Source: Eledone cirrhosa (Eukaryota). From it: a stretch of 64,000 nt of DNA. How positions within the stretch are numbered: the stretch's first letter is position 1; each line of letters opens with the position of its first letter. A model generated the notes under the pieces. The model was given only the letters and a program-made list of their open reading frames with translations. It searched no databases and was not told where the DNA came from. The stretch spans positions 16,678,001 through 16,742,000 of the forward strand of contig OZ024762.1 in the NCBI GenBank assembly GCA_964016885.1, given 5' to 3'. Shown piece after piece: positions 52,391 to 64,000 of this stretch. Made by a program: the position numbers and the translations under genes.

Positions 52391-55300
52391 TGAATGTATC
52401 ACATCAAATATTAAGGTTTGTAGTTTACTGTAAATTTTTACAACAATCTGTCCACCAGTAAAGATACTATAAACATTTGAATTATCAAACACATTTTTAG
52501 CTGTTAATGTTTATAACTTCATGTCATGAGGCTTCATTAGCAAGACTTCACTATGGCTTGTATCCCATATTGCATAAATATTAAAGCCTTTACTCTAATA
52601 CTGCAAATTTTCACAATCATCTGTCCACCAGAAAGATACTATAAACATTTGAACTAACAAACCTAGATTTTTAGATATTATTTTCTGCTAAATCATTACA
52701 GGATGTTAAAAGTTATTGTAAGGTGTATGTTTGAAGGGTAGTAGTGGTGTACAGTGTCTTGGACATGGTCAGAACACAGTCAATTTCTGAGAGAAAGAGA
52801 GTGTGCATGAGAGAGTGATAGCGAGGAAGTGATATAGAGACAATAGATCCCAGTATCTTGATTTGCTTTTTGGCTTAGGTGGTTGATGCTTTCTTGACCA
52901 CTTTTTCAGTTTTGTATGGCGTTTTAACATATTGTTTAGCTCTGGCTTTTTAACTATGGAGCATTTGCCAGCATTATTCCTGATTTTTGCGTTTCGTTTC
53001 GCTTTTTCTACCCACCGAAATGCAATTCTCGCTAAATTTATATTTATATTTATATATATAATGGAGGCACATGGCTTAGTGGTTAAAGCATTGGCCTTGC
53101 AATCGAAAGGTTGTGAATTCAATTCTCAGACCGGGTGATGTGTTGTTTCCTTGAGCAAGACACTTTATTTCACATTGCTCCAGTTTACTCAGCTGTAGAA
53201 ATGAGATGATGGGGACTGGGGTCCTATCATTCCACTTCAAAGTGGTCGTGGAGGTGCCACGGCAAAAAAGCACCCAGCACTCACTGTAAATGAGGTTGGT
53301 GTTAGGAAGGGCATCCAGCTGTAGAAATCAAGCCAGAATCAGTTCCCGTCCCACCCTTGTAAGCAGAGAAAAGTGGGCGTAAAATGAAATGAAAATGATG
53401 ATAATATATAATTCTCTCGTTGATGATGCCCCCGGATTATCTGTTACAAACACAATTCTCAGGGCGAGACAGATTAAATCTCTAATCTGCCCGGGGGATA
53501 TAATAGTTATTGAGACGTTCTGTATATATTTTCTGTATTTCCGTTTGCTTCTGGTTAAATTTCTCAAACCAACGTGGTATTTCAACCCTTGTCATTTTAA
53601 ACACGATTTACTGTGTTTATTACTACATATATTATTATATGATTGTTTCTACTTTTGGCACCAGGCCAGCAATTATCCCAGTGTATTACTGGTACTTTAT
53701 TTTATCGACCCCGTAAGGAGATGAAAGGCAAAGTTAACCTCGGCGGGATTTGAACTCAGATCATAAAGGGAGGTAACTTTATACTTCAAAGCATGGCGCC
53801 CGACCCTCTACCGATACTGCCAATCCACCGTATATAATGCTCAGTATTTATACTTTGAGCTTGTTAATTACAGGGTATCAATAGGAGTTATTAACTCTGC
53901 CTTTTATTTGTATATATATGAATCTGTAACTTCTAGTGGAGTCAAAGGGTCACTCTTGTGACATGGCATGTCTTGGGCATTTTAAACCTGACAGAACCCA
54001 TTCCTTCTCTAGATCTGAACACAGTCGATTTCTTGGGGGAAGTGGGAGGTGGGGTGGGGTTGAGAAAGAGATATAGAGGAAAAAAAAAAAAAATCGACAG
54101 TATTGGACTGGTATATATTTTTGTATGGATCTTGGTGGGATTTGAACTGAGAACACACAGAGCTGGAACAAATACCACATTTTATCTGCCATTCTAACAA
54201 CTCTACCACTTCACAGCTTTTTTCTATCCATATTTGTTACGAAATGAAATATGAAGCAAATTATGGTAGAAAATTCTCTGCTGCACAACAAAGTATTTAA
54301 AATATAAAAAAAATTTTTTTTAATACTAGGGAACGGTGGACTCGAAGAATTACATTTAACCCTTTAGCATTTACATTACTCTATATATACTATTGTATTT
54401 TCGTGGTAAAGGCTTTACCTCACATAACATTTACATTACTCTATATATACTATTGTATTTTCACAGTAAAGGCTTTACCTCACATAATATCTCACATAAC
54501 ATTTACACTACTCTATATTTACTATTGTATTTTCACAGTAAAGGCTTTACCTCACATAATATCTCACAACATTTACATTACTCTATATATACTATTGTAT
54601 TTTCGTGGTAAAGGTTTTACCTCACATAACATCGAATCTATGAGATTTTGATATTATTTAGTTTGAGAACACTACCTTAACATCAGTATGAGTGCCCGGA
54701 TACAGCTGGTTTGAACAGAAAAAGGTGAGAGAATTCTGGCAGGGTACAGACAGTTTAAATGCTAAGGGGTTAAGCAAGTTTGAAGCAGCTAATGAAGAGA
54801 AATGAAAGGAGTTGCAACATTTAGCAAAGTAAGAATGTTTCTTCCAACCTCCCTTCTGTGTCGAACAAACACACACACACAGATTCACATTGAATGGCAC
54901 AGACACACATACTGATACACATACTCACACACGTTTTCTGTTCAGAAAGTGAAATTGGGTGAAACATAAAATAATAGAAAAGGGAAGAAAAGAAAACAAA
55001 ACAGAACGAAAAAAGCCAACATTTGCTGAACACTGCGACCAACGCTGAAGACAAACAGCAGTGAGGGAGATTTAGATATTGAGCTGAAGACATAAACAGC
55101 GGTGAGGGAGATTTAGATATTGAGCTGAAGACATAAACAACGGTGAGGGAGAGATATCAAACTTTAGATAAAAGACAAGAAGGAAAAAGATAATAGATCA
55201 GAGCAAGACCACCCAATACTGTAGTTCAATCACAGATAAAATTGATTGATTGGGATTTTTCTTTTTTTTTCAATATTAAATAGAAATAAATATTTTCGGA

Positions 55301-55534
55301 ATATAAATACGGGTTATTTCAAATAACAATAATGTTTTCTTTATTCAATTTGTTTGCAAGCAAACAGCCTCACTATGCTATGCTTTGCAAATGAATCGAA
55401 TATCATTATTCGATATAACACACATCTACATTTATGTATCTGCTATGTGAGAGCGAGAATTCAAATTCTAATATTTTAGCAACTTTTTTGTCATATCTGC
55501 TTTGTAAGATTCTTCTTGAAGTGAATTCGTCCGT

Positions 55535-55950
55535 CGAAACAGATGTTATACTGGTGGGGGGGTCACGTTGCCACTAGAAACAGAGTTATACGGGGGGGGG
55601 GGGGGGGGGTCCACGTTGCCAATAGAAACAGATAGTTATACTTTGGGGGAGTCACGTTGCCACTAGAAACAGATGTTATACTTGGGGGGGGCCACGTTGC
55701 CAATAGAAACAGATATTGTTATACTTGGGGAGGGGGTCACGTTGCCAATATAAACAGATATTATACTTGGGGGGGTCACGTTGCCACTAGAAACAGATAT
55801 TGTTATACTGGAGGCGGGTGTCACGTTGCCAATAGAGACAGATGTTATAATTGGGGGGGGGGGGGGAATCACATTGCCACTATAAACAGATATTGTTATA
55901 CTTGGGTGGGCCATGTTACAAATAGAAACAGATATTGTTACACTGGGGGG
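55535..55950. repeat. ~37-bp minisatellite with poly-G run
   Basis: CACGTTGCCA(C/A)TAGAAACAGATATTGTTATACTT(G)n, ~11 units. Confidence 0.9.
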
Positions 55951-56685
55951 ATGGAGTCATCGTTATTCAGGTTTTACCTACTACAGCTGGAAATTATAGT
56001 TACCAACGATAAAAGAATTGAAATGGTTTCATCGAAAATCAAACTCATGTCACAAAATCAATTAACCCTTTACCATTTACATTACTCTATATATACTATT
56101 GTATTTTCACAGTAAAGGCTTTACCTCACATAACATTTACATTACTCTATATATACCATTGTATTTTCACAGTAAAGGCTTTACCTCACATAATATCTCA
56201 CATAGTATCGAATCTGAGTTTTTGATGATATTTATTTTGAGAACAATACCTTAACATAAGTATGAGCAGCCGGTTACAGACGGTTTGAACAGAAAGAGGT
56301 GAGAGAATTCTGGCCTGATACAGCCAGTTTAAATGCAAAAGGGTTAAGCCAGTCACAAACTATCATTTTTTATTGATTTCCAATGTCGATTGATACATAG
56401 GCAGACAGACACACAAAGGGTGAGCTCGTGTAGAGTTTTTGTTGAGGAAAATTGAACTTATAAAATGATCCGAAGGCCAAATAAACAAAGATTTGTCCAA
56501 AGTGACCAACAATCAGATTGAACCTGGAAATATGGTTGCAAAGTAAACTTCCTAACTCTGATCTCATGATAATGGATTTAACTCTGATGGTACTATTGTG
56601 GGGACCAACTCTGGGGAGACAAAATAGCGGAAGACATACTAGAACATTCATTGATCAACTCTCATATAATATAAACCTTGGTAGT

Positions 56686-56920
56686 GGAGGTGTGTGGCCT
56701 AGTGGTAACGGTGTTGGACTTAGGATCATAAAGTCATGGGTTCAATTCCTGGGCTGGGTTGTGTTCTTGAGCAAGACACTTCATTTCACGTTGCTCTAGT
56801 ATACTCAGCTGAAAATGTGTACCAGCAATAGCTGGGAGTTTAACCCTGCAATGGCTGGCATCCTGTCCAGAGGGGAGTTTTGTATTCTTAGTCACTTCAC
56901 GCCATGAAACAGGGATAAGA
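56686..56920 (+). mobile_element. Divergent tRNA-derived CORE-like SINE
   Basis: TGGCCTAGTGG A box, GGTTCAATTCC B box, TTCTTGAGCAAGACACTT. Confidence 0.7.
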
Positions 56921-56946
56921 AGGAAGTAGTATTGGAATTCCACACA

Positions 56947-57008
<62 letters not shown>

Positions 57009-57099
57009 CATACAGAGAATACTGATGTAAACCCATGGTAAACACTGGCTTGATGTAACTACACAGCTGATGTCAAAGAACTACTTAGTAGCAACTGTA

Positions 57100-57315
57100 C
57101 TAAATCTACCGACACACAACTGTGTTAAATCTACCGACACACAACTGTGTTAAATCTACCGACACACAACTGTGTTAAATCTACCGACACACAACTGTGT
57201 TAAATCTACCGACACACAACTGTGTTAAATCTACCGACACACAACTGTGTTAAATCTACCGACACACAACTGCGCTAAATCTACCGACACACACCTGCGC
57301 TAAATCTACCGACAC
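57100..57315. repeat. 25-bp minisatellite
   Basis: AAATCTACCGACACACAACTGTGTT, ~9 copies. Confidence 0.92.
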
Positions 57316-57426
57316 ATACAGCCAACCACCACACTTGTCATGCCTTACTTTGGGAGAAGATGGAGGTTGACCAAATATAGATTTAGTAATTAACTACCAC
57401 TAATTAATTACAGCAGATATTGCTAA

Positions 57427-58047
57427 TTAACCCTTTCAATACTGATTTTAGCTTTTAAAAACAAACATTGTTTTTCATATGAAAATGATTAATATTGGGC
57501 AATTTTAAGCAGTTTTATATATAGATATATATATAAACAAATTAACTCAAAAATAGTGTTTTGAGACACGAGTGTATTATGATTCTCAGGGAAATGGGAA
57601 AACTCAGCGTATGGAACAGCGTATAGAACAGCAAAATACCATTGAAGTGGTGTTGGGTAAAATATTACCTGGAAGGAAGAGATTAGCGCTAGATGTGAGT
57701 TGATTGGAAGGAAGAGAAGAGAAGATAGGAAGGAGGAAAAAGAACAGGTCACAAACATTAAAATATGCTCTTCGACTGCAGGAGGTTGAGGTCTGAAGAG
57801 AATATTTTAATGTTTGTGATCTGTTCACTTTCATCGATTCTATTTCCTCCTTCCTTCCAGTCTACTCACACCAAGCCACTGACCTCTGTCCTTCCAGGTA
57901 ATATTTTACCCAACACCACTTCGATGGTATTTTGCTGTTGTAACAGCTTCCATACGCTGAGTTTTCCCCATTTCCCTGAGAATCCTATATATATAGTGTG
58001 TGTATATATATATATACTCTCTCTCTCTCTATATATATATATATACA

Positions 58048-58094
<47 letters not shown>

Positions 58095-58235
58095 ATATAT
58101 ATATATATATATATACACTATATATATATATATATATACACTATATATATATATATACACTATATATATATATATACACTATATATATATATATACACTT
58201 TATATATATATATACACTTTATATATATATATATA

Positions 58236-58269
<34 letters not shown>

Positions 58270-58340
58270 TATATATATACACGCACTATATATATATATA
58301 TGCACTATATATATACACACTATATATATATATATACACC

Positions 58341-58373
<33 letters not shown>

Positions 58374-59163
58374 ATATATATACTCTCTATATATATATAC
58401 ACACACTATATATATATATATACTCTATATATATATACTCTCTATATATATATACTCTCTATATATATATACTCTATATATATATATACTCTATATATAT
58501 ATACTCTATATATATATATACTCTATATATATATATACTCTATATATATATACTCTATATATATATACACTATATATATATACTCTATATATATATACTC
58601 TATATATATATATATATATACTCTATATATATATATATACTCTATATATATATATATATATATACTCTATATATATATATATACACTATATATATAAAGA
58701 AGTACAATAAAGTTATATCTGTATAAATACAGAATGGGTAACCTAGTCTGCACCAATGTGTGTATATAAATATATAAATATACACACATCCATTATAAAG
58801 GCATGTAAATATGCCAGATAATTTGAATTTCCCTTTATATATAAATAAATATATATAGAATGTGTCCCAAAAAATGTATATACACTTGAATAACATTTAA
58901 TAAATATATGTACATTTTCTGGGGACACCCTGTATATAAATAAATATATATATATATACACACACACACACGTGAAACACTTGTGTCAAAACTAATATAA
59001 AATTGTGCATCTTATTCTTGTAGCTAATCAATACTGTTCAATATGATTAGCAATAAAAATATCTACTTTGTTGCTAAAATTCTAATAAATATTGGAAAGA
59101 GAATTTAGTAGAATGCAAACTTTATATTTGGATCAATATATTGAACAGTATTGAAAGGGTTAA
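57427..59163. mobile_element. piggyBac-type non-autonomous element with nested foldback, (TA)n array and Tc1-like MITE
   Basis: TTAA-CCCTTTCAATACTG ... CAGTATTGAAAGGG-TTAA, a perfect 14-bp TIR pair. Confidence 0.65.
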
Positions 59164-60614
59164 AGCATGCAAAAGACTCGTTAAGTCAACAATCCTATTT
59201 TTTTTTTCTACTACATTTTCTTTTTTTTTTCTTCTGAAGAATTAAAAACCAGAAAAATTCAAGAAGAAGAAGAGAAAGAAAAACATTGATAAAACAAAAC
59301 AAATCTGATTAGTTTCTTTCACAGAAGAAATGCAGTGAAATATCAACAGAAGAAACCACAAAAGTGTATTTAGGGAGAAAAAAAACAACAAAAAACAACA
59401 ACAAAACAAAACAAACAAACAAAATTAAATAAATAAAAAAAATTCCATACAAAATAAGCCAACAATTATCATTATTATTATTATTATTATTATTATTAGC
59501 AAGGAATAGACAAGAGTTATCTTTCCTTTGTGTCCTCTTAACCTTTAACACGCTGAATTTTTTTTATAAATTGTTTCCCTCAATATTGTATTGTGTATAA
59601 AAGGAGGTGACTCTATTGGTGACTTAATGTGCCTAGAGCGTCCGGAAGATTAAATAAGTTTATCCTACACTAGACAGAAATGTTCCAAGTAGAAACAACT
59701 AAGAAAAGGAGCCATTTGGTTAAACAAAACACCAGGGATCGGCTATAATTTAAAAAGGTTTCATCATCATTTAATGTCCATTTTCCACCCTAGCCTGGGT
59801 TAAAGGTCTTTCAAAGAATGGAAGAAACTATTTCAATAAATAAAGAAGAAAAAAAAAATTAGAATAATTGTTTCTGATTTCAGCACAAGGCCAGCAATTT
59901 TGGGGGAAGGGAAAGTCGATCATATCGACCCCAGTGTATTACTAGTACTTTATTTTATTGACACCATAAGGTTGAAAGGCAAAGATAACCTTGGTGGGAT
60001 TTGAACTCAGAACGTAAAGGGTACAAGAGCATCATGGTTTGGTTTCTAATTTAGGCAGAAAACCAACAATTTGTGGGGAAGGGGTTAGTCGATTAATCAA
60101 CCCCAGTAGTTGACTGGTACATTTTGCGGGGGGTCTTTTTTTTCGGCCCTGAAAGGATGAAAGGCAAAGTTGAACTTGATGTGGGATTTGAACTCAGTAC
60201 ATACAGAGTCGGAACAAATATAGCAAAGCATTTAGTCCCAATGCCCTAAAAACTCAGCCATTCCATCAGATGATGACACCAGCTGTGACTATGATGATGA
60301 TGATAACTTAGTAAAATGAGATGCTTATAAAATGTATATAGTATCTATGATTAATTAATAAATGGAGATGTTTATGATGAAAGAAGGTGAGGCTCTGTTT
60401 CAGTTATTTTCAGTGTGGATCTATCTAGGAAATGGAAACAAAATGTCTAGAATTGTCTAGAATTATCTGGAAGCGTCTAGAATTATCTGTAAAAATGAGG
60501 GGTGAGTATATAAAATACATTCAATGAGATGCTGCCTTGTTATGATATGAAGCTGTGAATAATTAATACCAAAAAAATTGTTATTAAATGTTTTAAAAAA
60601 AGGAAATATGATAA

Positions 60615-60617
<3 letters not shown>

Positions 60618-60650
<33 letters not shown>

Positions 60651-60742
60651 CATATATATGTGTATATATATACATATATATATATATATACATACATATA
60701 CATATATATATATATATATATACATACATATACATATATACA

Positions 60743-60774
<32 letters not shown>

Positions 60775-60889
60775 CATATACATATATACATACATATACA
60801 TATATACATACATATACATATATACATACATATACATATATACATACATATACATATATACATACATATACATATATACATACATATAC

Positions 60890-60920
<31 letters not shown>

Positions 60921-61328
60921 CATACATATATATATATATACATACATATATATATATACATACATATATATATATATATATACATACATATATATATACA
61001 TATATATACATACATATATATATACATACATATATATATATACATACATATATATATATATATACATACATATATATATACATATATATACATACATATA
61101 TATATATATATACATACATATATATATACATATATATACATACATATATATATATATATACATACATATATATATATATATACATACATATATATATACA
61201 CATACATATATATATACATATATATACATATATATATATATATACATACATATATATATATACATACATATATATATATACATACATACATATATATATA
61301 TACATACATATATATATATACATACATA

Positions 61329-61360
<32 letters not shown>

Positions 61361-61426
61361 CATATATATATATACATACATACATATATATATATATACA
61401 TACATATATATATATACATACATATA

Positions 61427-61499
<73 letters not shown>

Positions 61500-61508
61500 A
61501 CATACATA

Positions 61509-61549
<41 letters not shown>

Positions 61550-61701
61550 ATATACATACATACATATATATATATATATACATACATACATATATATACA
61601 TACATACATACATATATATATATACATACATACATATATATATATACATACATATATATATATACATACATATATATATATACATACATATATATATATA
61701 C

Positions 61702-61740
<39 letters not shown>

Positions 61741-61811
61741 CATATACACATACATATACATATATACATACATATACATATATACATACATACATACATA
61801 TACATATATAC

Positions 61812-61846
<35 letters not shown>

Positions 61847-61869
61847 CATACATATATGTGTATATATAT

Positions 61870-61932
<63 letters not shown>

Positions 61933-62101
61933 CATACATATGTGTATATATATATATATATACATACATATGTGTATATATATATATATATACATACATA
62001 TATGTATATATATATATATACATACATATATGTATATATATATATATACATACATATATGTATATATATATATATACATACATATATGTATATATATATA
62101 T

Positions 62102-62134
<33 letters not shown>

Positions 62135-62171
62135 CATACATATATGTATATATATATATATATATACATAC

Positions 62172-62202
<31 letters not shown>

Positions 62203-62320
62203 TACATATATGTGTGTGTATATATATATATATATATATACATACATACATATACATACATACATATGTGTATATATACATAAATATGTATGTATACACA
62301 TATATATGTATGTATATATG

Positions 62321-62383
<63 letters not shown>

Positions 62384-62410
62384 ATATACACACATATATA
62401 TATATATAAA
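60618..62410. repeat. ~1.8-kb compound (TA)n/(TACA)n microsatellite; similar arrays at 8417-8520, 37871-38031, 39510-39935, 40605-41030, 57985-58700
   Basis: Direct inspection. Confidence 0.98.
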
Positions 62411-62566
62411 ATATATGAAGAAACTGGAAGGTTTTTGGCAGTTGAGAGAGAAAGAAAAAGATGAATCACTCGGTCCATTGTCTAGAGTTGCTAGAAAGCT
62501 CAAATCAGCCAAGATGAGTGGTGCAGTGGAAATGGGGGGTGGGGTTCGGGGGTGAGGCCTACTCAC

Positions 62567-62608
62567 AGTTTGAATGATAGTCCCTCCGTCTCTGGTTATT
62601 TCCTTGTT
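62567..62608 (-). CDS. Candidate 42-nt exon of an unidentified minus-strand gene ([14 protein letters not shown] or [14 protein letters not shown])
   Basis: Acceptor ggttttcgtttctcaatAG, donor GTGAGT, frame-preserving length. Confidence 0.45.
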
Positions 62609-62707
62609 CTATTGAGAAACGAAAACCTTTGTTAAAGCTTTACGAAACTGGAAAAAAAATCGTTCCATGCTTGATTGTGTCAAGGTATTTTTTTAAATCT
62701 TTTATTA

Positions 62708-62738
<31 letters not shown>

Positions 62739-64000
62739 GTTATTAGTGAAGAATATTTGAGGTTAGACAGACAGACTGACTGACTGACAGACCGACTGAT
62801 GGACTGATGGACCAACTGGCTGGTAGGATTGTTGGCTCTTGGTACTTTGGACATTCCTGGAGTTTTAGTTATGTCATTCATTCTCTGAGAGAAAGAAAGA
62901 GAGAGAGAGAGAGGGGGAGAGAGAGGGAGGGAGAAAGGAAGGGTAGAAAGAGTGAATGAGAGAGGGAAGGACAAATTGAGAGAAAGAGGGTAGCATGAGT
63001 GAAAGAGGGAGGGAGAGAAGATGCTTATTTTAACAGTATATAGTTTAAATCTTTAATGACATCCTCCCAATAAACAAAATGAAATCCTCCTTCAATTAGC
63101 TTATTATCTAACAATATCAACAACTAACGTTGGTTAATGGGGTCACATCACCTAGCAATATCAACAACTATGGTGTCGGTTGGTGGGGTCACATCACCTA
63201 ACAGTATCAACAACTCGCGTTGGTTAATGGAGTGGCATTGCTCAGATCGTTATTTAGCTTATTACCTATTTATTCAACATTTAATGGTCAACGACAGCGG
63301 AATTTATGGCGAAATAGCAAGTATTTGTTTTTAGACTTTGCAACAAATAGCAGAACGCAGACAGTGTGTCCAAACTTCGGGTCCAGCAAATGGTTTGGCT
63401 ACAATTAAACACAAGAGAGAGCATTGGCTATATTTTAAAATTTCCTCTTTCTTAAAACAGTTCAAATTCTGTGTCTTAATTATTTTTTTCTTTTTCACAG
63501 TCAAGTTAAGTTAACCCTTTAGCATTTACATTACTCTATATATATACTATTATATTTTCAGGGTAAAGACTTTATTTCATGGTTAGAATGTCTTAGGAGA
63601 GAATTGCTGGACAGTTGATATTATCTATTTTGAGGACAATACCTTATTGTAGGTATGAGTGACCAGTTACAGCCGGTTTGCACAGAAAGAAGTGAGAAAA
63701 TTCTGGCCGGATACAGCCGGTTTAAATGCTAAAGGGTTAAGACAGAAGAAATAAAATTCCTAAGAGAATGGTGTGTGTGATTGCCATGTTTTTTTAAATA
63801 TATATAAAAGTGTTTTTGATGCCACATAAGCCAGGCTAACCATTCACTGCTTGTAATTGAAAATAAAGGAAATAATAAATAATGAAAGTAAAATTGAAAG
63901 TGATCTCAGCCAATGAAATTGAAGAAGCAACAACTGGAAAAGAGTGAAATTGCTGTGGAACATCGTACGTTAAACTTTGTAAGGCAGAAATACAACATCG

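Noticed and set aside
53410-53520. Hammerhead-like TTGATGA-TGCCCCCGG..CCGGGGG
   Set aside because: First core base altered and no GAAA after the stem; at best a dead remnant
60463-62566. 600+ aa Y/I/M/C-rich ORFs (also 57765-58726, 37716-38088, 25990-27534, 21383-22387)
   Set aside because: Translations of microsatellite, minisatellite or MITE arrays

Overview
AT-rich, repeat-dense metazoan genomic DNA. The SINE, RTE-LINE, MITE and microsatellite make-up looks like a cephalopod (octopod) genome, but this is an inference. The one confidently identified gene is the 3' part of a ZNF143/ZNF76 (Staf) orthologue on the + strand. It has eight phase-compatible GT-AG exons (4459-21035, about 438 aa) that include all seven C2H2 fingers; the N-terminal part lies upstream of the window. 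The rest is mostly mobile and repetitive DNA: two decayed RTE-clade LINEs plus fragments, two tRNA-derived SINE families, a TTAA-flanked piggyBac-type MITE family (about 12 copies), many minisatellites and (TA)n arrays. The most notable non-obvious signal is a set of foldback elements in (TA)n tracts carrying minimal type-I hammerhead ribozyme motifs of the Penelope-like-element kind. One near-complete copy lies in a ZNF143 intron. Also notable are a ZNF143 exon that reads in frame into a LINE reverse transcriptase, a last-exon acceptor built from a SINE tail, and weakly supported exons of one or two unidentified minus-strand genes. All coordinates were read by eye, and no database searches or folding were run.
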